A stretch of DNA of 64,000 bases from an uncultured delta proteobacterium (GCA_963696385.1 CAVOKF010000007.1:160001-224000); one strand, 5' to 3'. Positions 19,166 through 29,806 are shown, counted from the first letter of the stretch. The notes: generated by a model from the letters alone, not told the origin. Numbers and translations: made by a program.

Positions 19166-20503
19166 TCATGACCACGCCGCGTAATCGAAATACGCGGCGT
19201 TGAAGTGCGATTCGCCGAAGTAGGGCATCTGCCCCGTGACGAAGAAGAGAACCGACTGCACCGGCGCAGGCGGGGTCGCCGCCGGGGGCGACGCCACGAG
19301 CGGGGCGGACGCCTGCATGTTCTGGCGGGTCTGAAAGAGCCAGATCATCTCGCCGCTCGACAGGTCAATCAGCGGATAGTCGAACGAGGCGCGGATCATC
19401 GCCTGGGCACGCGCCCCCTCGATGGCGATCGGGGCCTGGGTCATCGTGCCCGCTGCATTCACCACGCACCCCTGCCGAACCGGCAGCCCCTGGAAGAACG
19501 TGGCCAGGACGAATCCGGCCGGGAACGCCGACGAATAGATCGGCAAAAGGCCCAGAGGGGGAAGGTACTGAAACACGCTGGTCGCCACGACCGTGCCCGG
19601 CGTTGCCGCAATCAGCGACTGGACGTGATCCTGAAACTGCAAGAGGACAGCTTCGCCGAGAGCCGTGTAGCGGTCGCCCATGGGAAGCGTCGTGTCGTCG
19701 GTGTTGTCGGCCCGACCGACGCGGCGGCGCGCCGACCACATGTCCACGAAGGTGATGCCCGTGCCCGGGCTCCAGCCGACGACGGCCAGAGGCACTTGCG
19801 CATCGGTCAGGGTCGTCGGGCGGAGGCTCTCGATCAGGCCTTGCGGCGCGGGCGTGCCCTGCGGAAGCGACCCGCCAAACGGATTGACGAGCGGATCGGA
19901 GCCGAACCCGAAACATTGGGCGGCGACGAGGTTGCGCAGTTGCGCCGTATTGGCCAGATCGCTCGCGGAGACCGGGAGCTGCAAGAGCGCGAACTGGACG
20001 CCCTCGACGATGTATTTCGCGTTGCACTTGTCCGTCCCGTCCGAGAGCCCCAAAACCGGCGCCTGCCCGGTCGTCCCCGCGGCGGGGGCGATCGTCAGCA
20101 GATACACCCCGGCGGCCGTCAGGTAGGCGCCCGGCGCCGCCGGGGCGCATGGCGCAAACGGGGTCACGGTGGTTGCATTCGCGGCGGGGGCCGTTGGAGC
20201 GTAGAGGCCCACCACCGTGGTGTTGCCGAGCCGGATGGCGTCCCCGGCACGGTTGAAGGCCAGGCCGGCCCGCACCGTGACGGTGGGGACTGCGGAAGAG
20301 GGCGCAGGCAGCACCGCGGAGACCTCCAGGCCCTGGACCACTCCATCGCCGACGGCCCGTCCGAGGCGCGCGTCCGCGCGACGGTTCGCGGCTTGCTCTG
20401 TGGTCAGATCCTCGCCGCTCAGCAGCCGCCCGTTGAAGAATTTGATCGACTTGAGCGCCGTATCGAAGACGGGCGTCGTCACCGGGGTCACGGTCGCGGT
20501 CAT
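19166..20503 (-). CDS. eCIS accessory protein (fibre/baseplate-attached-type N-terminal domain)
   Basis: IKFFNGRLLSGEDL..EQ...GDGVVQGLEV...VRAGLAFN..G. Confidence 0.55.
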   Translation of the reverse strand: MTATVTPVTTPVFDTALKSIKFFNGRLLSGEDLTTEQAANRRADARLGRAVGDGVVQGLEVSAVLPAPSSAVPTVTVRAGLAFNRAGDAIRLGNTTVVGLYAPTAPAANATTVTPFAPCAPAAPGAYLTAAGVYLLTIAPAAGTTGQAPVLGLSDGTDKCNAKYIVEGVQFALLQLPVSASDLANTAQLRNLVAAQCFGFGSDPLVNPFGGSLPQGTPAPQGLIESLRPTTLTDAQVPLAVVGWSPGTGITFVDMWSARRRVGRADNTDDTTLPMGDRYTALGEAVLLQFQDHVQSLIAATPGTVVATSVFQYLPPLGLLPIYSSAFPAGFVLATFFQGLPVRQGCVVNAAGTMTQAPIAIEGARAQAMIRASFDYPLIDLSSGEMIWLFQTRQNMQASAPLVASPPAATPPAPVQSVLFFVTGQMPYFGESHFNAAYFDYAAWS

Positions 20504-20521
20504 GGCCTTGCCTCCCCTGCC

Positions 20522-21883
20522 TCAGGACCCGACCAGGGCGTTGATTTCAATCAAGAGGTTGAGGCCCGCGACGTTCGTCGGCGTCGGCGCGGCGCCATTC
20601 ACGAAGACCGCGATCGTGCAACCGGGGGGCTGGGTCGAAATCGAAGTCACGACCAGCGTGACCACGTGCGGAAGGGCCACCGGGGAGGTGGCCACGAAGG
20701 GAAGAGCCTTGATGATGTATTGCGTTCCGATCGCCGGATGGTCCGGAAAGCTGACATAAACCTCGCCCGTGGCACCCCACCACGCCTGAAGGCCCGACCC
20801 GGCGGCGGCGGCCGGCGAACCCGATTGGATCGGCACGAGTCCGGCGGCCACGAGTCGGTAGCGCGCGAAGCTCGCCAGGCTCGCAATCCACGCCTCCTTG
20901 AGCATGTCGAGCGGAAGCAGAAACGGCCGTGTGGTGTCGACTCGAACCGCGGTGGTGGAGTCGAGCGCCCAGAGGCCGGTCAACGATTGCGCCACCGGCA
21001 GATCGATCGTCGCAAGCAGAATGCCCGTTTCCCGGGGTACGGCGTCGGCGGAGGATGGGCCGGCGAGCAAGCTGCGCAGGGTCGTCGCGTAAAGCTGCAA
21101 GGCGGCGCGATAGACCTCCGGCGCTGTGGCGGTGCCGATCGTGATCCCGGAAGGCGGCGCCGGCGGGAGCGAGAGCGGGACTGCGGGGGGCGAAGAGGAG
21201 ACACCGAACGACGCCTTCATGGCTGCGATGACGGCGGCGGGTGAGCTGCCCGACCCCACGGCCGCGGGCACCTGGGCGAGCCACCGGATGACCGCCCACA
21301 TGCCCGGCTCCTCGGTCGGGGCGGGGGGCGTGAGACACAAATCGAGGCTGAAGCCGTCGGTCACCCGCGACGGGGCCACGGCCTCGTTCGCCGTGCGGCA
21401 CGGCTCGCCCGGGATTGGGACCTGGTCGGTCAGGCAGGGTTTGTAACGAAGGACTGTGTAGAGGGTGACTGTGCCCCGCCCCGGGGCCGCGGGCGGGGAT
21501 GCGGACGTCGACACGGGAGGCGATCCGGGTGGCGATCCGACGCGGAGGCTCGTCGCGACGGTCGTCTGGTTGTTCTTGACCCAGTCGTCCAGTACGGCGC
21601 ACTGGGCGCTCGGCACGCGGACGATCTGCCCGTGCGGAGTCAGCGCGACCCCGGGCTGCACGACGAGCTCGGTCGTTCCGCTCGCAGGCTGCACGGTCAC
21701 GTCGAGCCCGCGCACCGTCCCGGCGCCGATGAGGTCGCGCGCCGCCCATTGGTCGCGCGCCGCGTGATAGACGAATTCTTGCTGGAAGTCGTCCACCCCG
21801 AGAACCATCCCGAGCGTGTAGTTAACGTGCTTGCTCGGGTTGAGGGGCGCGGGGGTCGGAGTGACTGTCGAGAAGGCCGTCAT
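20522..21883 (-). CDS. eCIS accessory protein, paralog of 19166-20503
   Basis: VNYTLGMVLGVDDFQQE...GTVRGLDV...VQPGVAL..HG; four SPP motifs. Confidence 0.55.
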   Translation of the reverse strand: MTAFSTVTPTPAPLNPSKHVNYTLGMVLGVDDFQQEFVYHAARDQWAARDLIGAGTVRGLDVTVQPASGTTELVVQPGVALTPHGQIVRVPSAQCAVLDDWVKNNQTTVATSLRVGSPPGSPPVSTSASPPAAPGRGTVTLYTVLRYKPCLTDQVPIPGEPCRTANEAVAPSRVTDGFSLDLCLTPPAPTEEPGMWAVIRWLAQVPAAVGSGSSPAAVIAAMKASFGVSSSPPAVPLSLPPAPPSGITIGTATAPEVYRAALQLYATTLRSLLAGPSSADAVPRETGILLATIDLPVAQSLTGLWALDSTTAVRVDTTRPFLLPLDMLKEAWIASLASFARYRLVAAGLVPIQSGSPAAAAGSGLQAWWGATGEVYVSFPDHPAIGTQYIIKALPFVATSPVALPHVVTLVVTSISTQPPGCTIAVFVNGAAPTPTNVAGLNLLIEINALVGS

Positions 21884-21892
21884 CGTCGTCTC

Positions 21893-24658
21893 CTAAGCGT
21901 TCGATCCCGGACCGAGAGGATTGCGACCGGCGACGTCGCGGTGGGTGGCGTCTTGAGGGAATCCCGGCGCCAGGTGGCCTTCGAGCAGGTAGCCGTAACC
22001 GAGCACCATGGACGGGGCGAGATCGGGCATGCGGCTGCCCTGCTGGAGGAGCGTGTCGTAGCCGAGACGGGCCTGACCGATGCTGAACATGGCCCAGTAG
22101 AAGCTCACGTCGAAGACCGTGTGCGCCGGCTTCTCGAGCTTCACCAGCCGCTTGATCAGATCCAGCTGCTGCTTCTGTGCCGGAGTGTCCGACGACATGC
22201 CGGCAGGCAGTGGAATGAGCACCCGGAAGCGGTGCGCGTTCTGTGCGATCGGAAGGACGATGCCCTCGAACTGAAACCAGTCGACGAGCGGCGGGCCGTC
22301 CGGCGGGAGCGTTGTGGGCAGCGAGACGGCGGCCAGCGAAACGTACGACGTTCCGTACGTCGTGTTGAAGTTGGCGAGGCTCGGATACCGCCGCTGCAGA
22401 AAGAGCGTCCAGCGCGCCTGGTCGGTCGTCGTCGCCGAGGGCACGAACCCGAGCGTGGCGGTCGCGAAGGCGGTCCACGCTGCCGCCGTGGCGCTGTCGG
22501 TGGGCGCCGTGACGGGAAAGGTCGTCTGCACGGCCAGACCCGCCGCCGTGGCCGCCGCGCTCCAGAGCGTGACGAGCGCATCGCCACCGAGCGACGGATT
22601 CCACGTGTTCGTGGGCGGCGCCGGGCCGAAGATCGAAGGCGTCGACGGCTCGGCCGCGACCGAGGGCGGCGTGACGCGCGTCGTGAACTGCTCGACGATG
22701 CGCGTACCCGACGGGCGGGGGTTGTCGGTATTCGTGAAGATCGCGTCGCAGGGATTTTGCGATAGCACCAGATCGAGCGCCATCTGGATGCCGCGCACCG
22801 TGCCGCGCCACTGAAAGAAGTCCATCGCGTGCCGGATGAAGAGCCGCTGCCGTACGTTGTCCCACGTGGGGTCCATCGAGACGCCGAACCATGCGGCGAG
22901 CCACGCGAGCGTGTCGTATGGCGCGATGCGCGGGTCGAAGAGCTCCTGGACGGCGGCCACGCGATCTTCAATCGGCGTGAGCAGGCCCTCGAAGTTCGCC
23001 ATGAACCGATCGAGCAGACCGACCGTGTCGTTGTCGGTGTACGCCGCCGGCATGTATTGCTTGACATACGAAAAGCGCGGGTAATAGGCGCGCATCGCGC
23101 GGATGCGCGGAGACGACCGCGCGTTGCCGCTCAGCGTGATCTGGAGCTGCAGGTACCGCCCCCTGGCTTGCTGAAACAGAAGCTCGTACGACGAGAGGCC
23201 CGCCGACAGCACGGTGAACGGCAGCTCGATGCCTTCGGTGCGCAGGTACAGCCGCGGGGGTTCGGGCAGAAAAGGGCTTTCGGATAGCGTTTGCGGGTCG
23301 TCGGCCGCGCGGCTCTGAATCTGGATGCTCGTGCCGAGAGGCATGGCCGCATCCAGAATCAGGCGATGCCACACGCACCCGGGAAGACCTGCGTCGAACA
23401 CCGGTGTGGTGATCGTGCCGCTCGTCACGTATTGCGGCCGCTTCTGCATCACGAGCGGAATAAACCAATCGGTAAAGTCGTAATACGGCGTCCCGTTTGC
23501 GTAGAAGATCGCCCGGCCCCCAAAGCGCCGCATCGGGTAGTAGTCGGGAAGCGGCTGAAGCTCGAGGCCGCCGCCCGACGTCGACGAGGCCGCGAAGGCC
23601 AAGCTCTGGGCGCCGACTGCGAGCGCGACGAGCACCTGGCCGGAGAGCGGATCGGAGCTGCCGGGTGTGGGGACGAAGGCGAGGTCCTGGCCGGTGAAGG
23701 TCATCGTCACGCCCTGGGGCAAGAGCGGGGCGATCGCGTCCACCGGAAACGGGGCGTCGATCCGCACGCTGCCGCGATAGCGTTCGATGCATGACGTCGC
23801 GGCGCCGCCGAGATCGAGGATCAGCACGGTGCCGTCCGGCAGGGCCTCGATCGCGATGGGGTTCGTCGCAGACAGCGGCGACCCGCCGTCTTTCACTTGG
23901 CCCGGCGGCGAATCGAGATCGGGCTTGCCTTGCGGCGGGCTACCCGCGAGCGGCTGGAACGAATCCGTTCGCCCCCGGCTCGCCGGCGCCGGGTCGTCGC
24001 CACGGCACACGGCGAAGTTTGCGTCGAGCGACCAGTATCGCCTGTTGACCGGGTCCAGGATGAAGACCCCGCCACCGGGCGCCGCCGCCATGTCGAAGGG
24101 CGCGAAGGGCACGTCCTCGGGCCACAGCAGAATGCGGGGTTCGCCGCCCCGATACAGGTCGAAGAGGATGAGCGCGGCGGGATCCGTGCCGCCGACGACG
24201 AGGTAATGACGCCTCGTGACGGCGAGCCCGGACAGCATGCGGGGCACCGGAGCCGCCGGAGCGACCAGGTCCCCAAAGCCGCTTGGGCGTGCGGCGGGAG
24301 CTTCCGGCTTGCCGGGGGGCCAGAACGTCGTCAGCGTCTGGTCGCCCGACGACAGGACGAGGATCTGGGTGTTCGTGGGGTCGATGAAATAGAAGTTTCC
24401 GAACCAATCGGCCGCCGCGCCTCGACGGTTGGACGGCAAGAGCCCCGGATCGTCAGGATTCGGGGGGAACGCGTACAGCTGCGGCCAGAGGGTCAACTGG
24501 TGGCGCTTCGGGTCCCAGTAGAAGTCGGTGGCGACCGGAGGCGAGGGCGGTGACCCCAGCGCGTTCCACGCATTCGACAGCGGCGAGCCGCCCTCCAGGC
24601 AGCTCGCCCAGTCGTTCTCCCCCAAGAGGAGCTGATACTGCGTGCCGTTCGCGTCCAC
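21893..24658 (-). CDS. Baseplate wedge / phage tail protein (P2 gpI-like C-terminal domain) with large N-terminal extension
   Basis: YMPAAY...LLDRFMANFE...FDPRIAP...LAWLAAW...W...RGTVRG...KPAHT; GTG start right after the baseplate J stop. Confidence 0.8.
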   Translation of the reverse strand: MDANGTQYQLLLGENDWASCLEGGSPLSNAWNALGSPPSPPVATDFYWDPKRHQLTLWPQLYAFPPNPDDPGLLPSNRRGAAADWFGNFYFIDPTNTQILVLSSGDQTLTTFWPPGKPEAPAARPSGFGDLVAPAAPVPRMLSGLAVTRRHYLVVGGTDPAALILFDLYRGGEPRILLWPEDVPFAPFDMAAAPGGGVFILDPVNRRYWSLDANFAVCRGDDPAPASRGRTDSFQPLAGSPPQGKPDLDSPPGQVKDGGSPLSATNPIAIEALPDGTVLILDLGGAATSCIERYRGSVRIDAPFPVDAIAPLLPQGVTMTFTGQDLAFVPTPGSSDPLSGQVLVALAVGAQSLAFAASSTSGGGLELQPLPDYYPMRRFGGRAIFYANGTPYYDFTDWFIPLVMQKRPQYVTSGTITTPVFDAGLPGCVWHRLILDAAMPLGTSIQIQSRAADDPQTLSESPFLPEPPRLYLRTEGIELPFTVLSAGLSSYELLFQQARGRYLQLQITLSGNARSSPRIRAMRAYYPRFSYVKQYMPAAYTDNDTVGLLDRFMANFEGLLTPIEDRVAAVQELFDPRIAPYDTLAWLAAWFGVSMDPTWDNVRQRLFIRHAMDFFQWRGTVRGIQMALDLVLSQNPCDAIFTNTDNPRPSGTRIVEQFTTRVTPPSVAAEPSTPSIFGPAPPTNTWNPSLGGDALVTLWSAAATAAGLAVQTTFPVTAPTDSATAAAWTAFATATLGFVPSATTTDQARWTLFLQRRYPSLANFNTTYGTSYVSLAAVSLPTTLPPDGPPLVDWFQFEGIVLPIAQNAHRFRVLIPLPAGMSSDTPAQKQQLDLIKRLVKLEKPAHTVFDVSFYWAMFSIGQARLGYDTLLQQGSRMPDLAPSMVLGYGYLLEGHLAPGFPQDATHRDVAGRNPLGPGSNA

Positions 24659-24659
24659 G

Positions 24660-26974
24660 TCAGCAGTCCTTCGGAACGACCGGTACGGCGACGACGAGCG
24701 GGGCGGTCGGCACGGTCCCCGTCGTCACGGGCTGTCCCTGCAACGAGGCAATGGAGATCGGGATCCCCTGTGCCCACGGAGAGGCCTGCGAGACAAGGCA
24801 GAATCCAGGCCCGTCATCGGAACCTGGGTGACGGAGTTCCCGTCGGAGCCGGCGAGCAGCACGCTGTTGACGAGCAGCACGCCGCTCACGCGGCTGGCCA
24901 CGGCCGAGGCCTCGAGAGCCACGACGGCCTTTCCGAGCGGCCAGCCGTTGGTCACCTGAAGCATGGACGGGGACGCCGTCTGGTCGATCGGCACGGTGTC
25001 CGGCAGAAGCGATGTGCCGGGCGGGGGCAGGGGAGAGAAAAACTGGACGAGCGCCGCTTTCACGGCCGCAATCACGTCGGTGAGACTCTGGCCGGGCACG
25101 ACGGCGATGCCAACCGAGACCCAGATGTTGACGTAGGTCGGACCCGAGATGAAGACCTCGGTCGTGACCAGCCGGCGCGGATCGAGCCACGCGGCGATCG
25201 CGCTGAGAAAGCTCTGCGACGGCATGGGCGCGTTGGGGTTGACCGGGTCGTAGCTGGGCAGGACCATCAAGGTCACGACGCCGGGCGCGTCGCCGGGTGC
25301 GTTGGGCGACAGCGAGGGGTCGAACGCGGCGAGCACGTCGATTCGCCCGATCGACACCCCCGGCGTTCTCAGCGCAATGCACTGGAAGTCGGCCTGGGTG
25401 ACGAGCCGGTCGCGGTGCTGCAGATAGCGCGTGATCTGCTTGACGCCGTCGTCGGCTGTCTCGGCGTTCGCGCCTCCCCATGTGCTCACCGGGTTTGCCA
25501 CCGTCACGCCGGCCGGCAGCGCGGGGCCCGTGCTGATCGATCCGGCAGCCACGTTGCCGGCGGCCCCGACCGAGTAGTCGTAGTTGGCCGAGATCGTCGC
25601 GTTCAGGGGCGGCCTCGCCCCGTGGCTACCGTCGCCGAAGGTGATCGTTCCGGCCTCCGGATCCAGCAGGAACACGTCGGTCGGCAGGTTCTGGGGCGTC
25701 TGGGTGCCCGGCGGAAGGCTGGGGTCGACGACCGGAACCTCCGGGCCGGCCGCCATGAGATCGTCGATCGCGGCCCACGTTTCGGATGGGCCCGTCGGGG
25801 GGGTGACGGTGACCTGCACCGACCCCGCGATCACCGGCGGGTTCTTCAGCGTCACGACCTGGCTGGGCATGCCGGTGCCGCCGGGCAGCACCTCCCCCGT
25901 GACGTGCGTCAGCTGCGTCACCCTGGCCGCGTTCGCGCCCATCCACAGGATGTCGACGTCCGTCGGCGAGATCACGCTGACCCGTATCCAGGTGATGAGC
26001 CGAGCCGCGAGCGTCGTGTCGTCGAGGGCCGGCGGATATTGCGCGACTCCGGCCTCCAGTGGATCGAGGTCGGTCCAGGTGTAGAGCTGATCGGCCGACG
26101 GCAGGACCATCTCGATGACGCCGGGCGCGGAGAGCACGTCGCCGTCGGGTGCCACGCTGACCTGGCGATAGGAAGCCGTCCCCGTGGTCACGGGGAGTCC
26201 GCCGCTGAAGGCTGGGAAGTAGAACCCGAGCACCGAGTTCAGATCCGACGCGCCGACGGGGTTCGGTGTCAGATCCACGGCCGCCGAGCTCGGCGCGAGG
26301 ATCCCGGGAACCATCCCCAGGCTCAAGGTCCGACCCGCGATCTGGCTCCGGATGCCGTCGATGTTGCCGGCGTCCACCGCGCGGGCGAAGATCGCGATCC
26401 AGACCGTTCCGTCGACGGTGTCGGCGTTGAGATCGACGCTGGCCGCGCCCCCAGGCCCCAGCGTAGAAACCTCGTAGAGAGCCAGAGTCTGCGGAGGGGC
26501 CATCGTCGGAGCCGTGTACGAGGCGTAGAGCTGGCTGTAGTAGTCCTGGATGGTCGTATCCGTCGCCGTGTAGGGCTGCTTGAAGTAGACGCCCGTCTCG
26601 ATGGGCAGGACGTTGACCCCCTCTGCGGTGCGAAACGGCACCTGGCCGGCGTCCACCTCCATGTCCTGGGTCAGGGGGAAGACGACGGGCGGACCGTTCG
26701 CGTTCGTGAACGCGACCAGGCCTTGCGCGGCCGCCGCCGGCGACAAAGGCATCCCGAGCAGCTGCAAAAACTTGATCTGGTTGCGGTCGGGGATCTGATT
26801 GCAGCGATACAGAAGACTCTCGGTCAGAAACGAAAGGACGCCGACGATCGTGATCCCCGGATCGCTCTGGTTGTAGTTGGTCCACTCCGGCGTGTGCACG
26901 GAGATGCGCGCCACGGCCTCGTTGAAGAGGTCCTGGTACTTGCGCGAATCGAGCGGCGGAGCGGTCAGCGGCAT
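24660..26974 (-). CDS. Baseplate J-like protein (Afp11-like); two apparent +1 frameshifts near the 3' end
   Basis: LDSRKYQDL...PEWTNYNQSDPGIT, FGDGSHGARP, GGANAET, RDRLVTQADF. Removing 1 bp at ~24805 and 1 bp at ~24761 gives ...GLILPCLAGLSVGTGDPISIA...VPVVPKDC* (770 aa). Confidence 0.88.
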
Positions 26975-26981
26975 CGGGCCC

Positions 26982-27371
26982 TCAGGAAAGCGTGACGCTC
27001 AAGCCGATGGTCTGCTGGGTCTGCGTGGCCACCAGCGTGTACGTGACGGTCGCGATGGCGCTCTGCAGATCGTTCGGATCCTGGTTGACGCTCACCGACT
27101 GCACGGCGATGCGCGGCTCCCACTGCGTGAGCGCCTTGGTGATGAGGCTCTGGATGAGCGTGCGCGTGGCGGCCGTGTTCGGCTCGAAGAGGATCGACCG
27201 CAGTCCGCCGCCGAAGGCGGGCAGCATGACCCGCTCGCCCGGTTCGGTCATCAGGATGACCATGATGGCCTCGCGGATGTTCTTTTCTCCCGCCGACCAT
27301 GCGATCTGCCCGTTGGGGCCGACGCGGAACGGGAACGACACGCCGCGACCGAGGACGGTTCCTGCATCCAT
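26982..27371 (-). CDS. gp25/GPW baseplate protein (Afp9-like)
   Basis: LGRGVSFPF, ILMTEPGERVMLPAFG, WEPRI. Confidence 0.93.
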   Translation of the reverse strand: MDAGTVLGRGVSFPFRVGPNGQIAWSAGEKNIREAIMVILMTEPGERVMLPAFGGGLRSILFEPNTAATRTLIQSLITKALTQWEPRIAVQSVSVNQDPNDLQSAIATVTYTLVATQTQQTIGLSVTLS

Positions 27372-27374
27372 GGC

Positions 27375-29090
27375 TCATGCCTCGTCCGAATCCGACCCGC
27401 TCGCGGCGGAGACGACCCCGCTCGGCACCGGAAGACAGATTTTCAAGAACGGAAGCCACCAGAAGACGAAGTTGAGCGCAATGGCGATCATGAACATCAG
27501 GATGAATGAGATGATCACCAGGATCTGAAACGAGAAGCAGCAGATCTCGCCCATGCCGAGGGCCCCCGCGGGGCCGACTTGTCCGTTCACGACGTTCTTC
27601 AGATTGGACGCCTGGTTGACTTGCTGCAAAAACTGGGGGCTCATCAGAAATCCGATGCCCTTCGGGAATTTGCGAAGCGCCGCGGGGCTGGTGTCAAACG
27701 GCATGGCGATCCGAATCTGGCGCGCCGGCGCGTCGGAATCGAAGAAGGGCGCGATCATGAACCGCTGGCTCCGATCGCTGAGGATCGATGGGTAGAGCGC
27801 GGCGAACTGCTCGCGCTTGAGGGCGCAGCGCTGAAAGACGCAGCGCACGACGTACAGCGCGCCGGCGTCGAGCTTGGGCACGACCTGCGTCGCCGCCACG
27901 GCGTCGGGAGGATCGAAGGGCTGATTTTCGTCGACGATGGCGGCGGCAAGCAACGCGCTGAGCAAATAGCCGGTGGCAGGCGCACTGGCGCCGGGCGCAG
28001 GATCAGGCAGGATCGCCTGCGCCGTGCTTCGGTCGCTGTAGTAGAGATTGAACGCGGGGGTCGTGAGCTGCGACGCAGGCGATCCGGGCGCATCGATCGT
28101 GCTTTGGGCGGCCGATGCCGCCCGAAGGGCCGCTGCCCATGTCACTCCCGTCGTCGTGTCCGCGACCGCCGCCACAAGCTGCGTGTAGAGCTGCGTCTGG
28201 GGTGCCCCGGTCGGAGCTGCCGCAGCCGGATTCATAATGGCCGCATAGACGTCGGGTACGTACTTCTGCAGAATCTCGGCCAGGTCGAGCATCAAGAACG
28301 CGGAGGCGTCGATCAAAAGGGCCATGGCCGGATCGGGCGACGGCGGCGGCGATCCGATCGAGGCATTGGCGATGGCCCCGTACGGATCGACCACCCGGGT
28401 GCTCGCCTCGAGCACGCGCGGGTCCACGCCACCCGCGGGCGGCGACGACGGCGCGGAGGTCGTCGGTGCCGCGGCGAGCGTGTCGCGGCTCGACGTGGGA
28501 ATGAGCCCCGCGTGCAGCCGTCGCGCGGGGGTTGAGCCCGGAACGAAGACCGGAAAAAGCGGGATCAGCTCCTCGTTCGGCGCGAGCTGGGGCCGTCTGG
28601 GATGCTGCGTCACCAGTTGCCACGCGAACTGCGTCGGGTCCGACGGATACGCGGGATTGGGGACCCACGCCATCTCGCGCCCCTGGGGGTCGAGCTTGCG
28701 AAGCACGAAGAAGGTCCGCTCCTGGTTGGCGACCTTGAGCGCGTGGTCCGGAAGGCCAATCTGCTGGCAGACGAAGCTCGCGGCCACCATGTAGAAACGC
28801 CCGTGGACCGGCTGAAAGAGCTTCAGCGGGAGCGGAGGACTCCCTTGGGAAGGACTGTAAGGCGGGGAGCCGAGCCGCGGGGTTCCCGCCGGAGGCACCC
28901 GCGCGCTCTCCCATTGGGCCACGGGCAGGGTGGGCGGGGTTTGCGCGAGCGCCTGGGTGAGCTCGGTCACGAACTGATCGGACTTGAACTCGAGCAGCGC
29001 CGGGCGGCGCATGGTCACCGAGTCGACCGGCCCCGACGGCCAGAGCGGAGCCGGCGCAACCCACTCGAGCTTGTGCGGCTGCGTGTTCAT
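27375..29090 (-). CDS. eCIS-associated hypothetical protein with C-terminal transmembrane segment
   Basis: LKLFQPVHGRFY; C-terminal FQILVIISFILMFMIAIALNFVFWWLPFLKIC; overlaps the spike gene stop. Confidence 0.7.
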   Translation of the reverse strand: MNTQPHKLEWVAPAPLWPSGPVDSVTMRRPALLEFKSDQFVTELTQALAQTPPTLPVAQWESARVPPAGTPRLGSPPYSPSQGSPPLPLKLFQPVHGRFYMVAASFVCQQIGLPDHALKVANQERTFFVLRKLDPQGREMAWVPNPAYPSDPTQFAWQLVTQHPRRPQLAPNEELIPLFPVFVPGSTPARRLHAGLIPTSSRDTLAAAPTTSAPSSPPAGGVDPRVLEASTRVVDPYGAIANASIGSPPPSPDPAMALLIDASAFLMLDLAEILQKYVPDVYAAIMNPAAAAPTGAPQTQLYTQLVAAVADTTTGVTWAAALRAASAAQSTIDAPGSPASQLTTPAFNLYYSDRSTAQAILPDPAPGASAPATGYLLSALLAAAIVDENQPFDPPDAVAATQVVPKLDAGALYVVRCVFQRCALKREQFAALYPSILSDRSQRFMIAPFFDSDAPARQIRIAMPFDTSPAALRKFPKGIGFLMSPQFLQQVNQASNLKNVVNGQVGPAGALGMGEICCFSFQILVIISFILMFMIAIALNFVFWWLPFLKICLPVPSGVVSAASGSDSDEA

Positions 29091-29806
29091 AGGAGGTTTC
29101 CCAACCCCGGCGTGTACGACCCGCCGACCACCGACGGCGTGATGAGCGTGACGTTGCCGTTGACCGCGCCGCTGAACGTCGACATCGCAGCGTTGTGGCT
29201 AATCGCTGTGGCCGAAAGCTCGATTTGGCTCGCCTGGATCGTGACGGTGCCGCTCGAGGTGATCGTGACGCCCGACGGACCCGTCTCGACCGTGTTGCCG
29301 TTGCTGTCTTCGATCGTGATGGTTGCGGCCCCGTCTTGCAGCGTGATCTGCTGACCGCCCGGCGTCTGGACGATCAGCGCCTCGCTGCCGGTTGTGTCGT
29401 CGAGCGTGATCTTCACGCCGTTTCGGGAGCAGAAAAGCTTGGTGTTGTTGCTCCCGGCCGAGTCCATCGACGCCGGCGGGGCGTCCTGCCCGTTCCAGAG
29501 GCCTCCGATCACGTAGGGCCTGCGCGGGTCGCCGGCTTCGAACGCCACGAGCACTTCATCGTTCACGTCCGGGACGAAGAAGCTGCCGCGGTTGTTTCCG
29601 CCCATCATCGTGGCCAGACGGGCCCAGGTCTCGTAGCGCGCACCGCTCGAATCGGGCGACCACGGCAGCGCGACCTTCACGCGCGCCTGCCCGTCGGGAT
29701 CCACAATGTGGGTCACCTGCGCCGGGAACACGCCGAAAAACCGTCCCCCGAGGCCGTGTTCCGAGCGATCCCCCAGGATCGTTTCGACCAGCGACTTCTC
29801 GATCAT
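29087..29806 (-). CDS. Baseplate spike protein V (gp5/VgrG C-terminal half)
   Basis: DPDGQARVKV..PW, WARLAT, FVPDVNDEVLVAFEAGDPRRPYVIGGLWNG; ATG at 29806 preferred. Confidence 0.93.
   Translation of the reverse strand: MIEKSLVETILGDRSEHGLGGRFFGVFPAQVTHIVDPDGQARVKVALPWSPDSSGARYETWARLATMMGGNNRGSFFVPDVNDEVLVAFEAGDPRRPYVIGGLWNGQDAPPASMDSAGSNNTKLFCSRNGVKITLDDTTGSEALIVQTPGGQQITLQDGAATITIEDSNGNTVETGPSGVTITSSGTVTIQASQIELSATAISHNAAMSTFSGAVNGNVTLITPSVVGGSYTPGLGNLL

Noticed and set aside
21490..21540. SPP clusters as a mobile DNA repeat or MITE
   Set aside because: Codon usage differs between copies, including both Ser codon families, and there are no shared flanks; the repeat exists only at the protein level.
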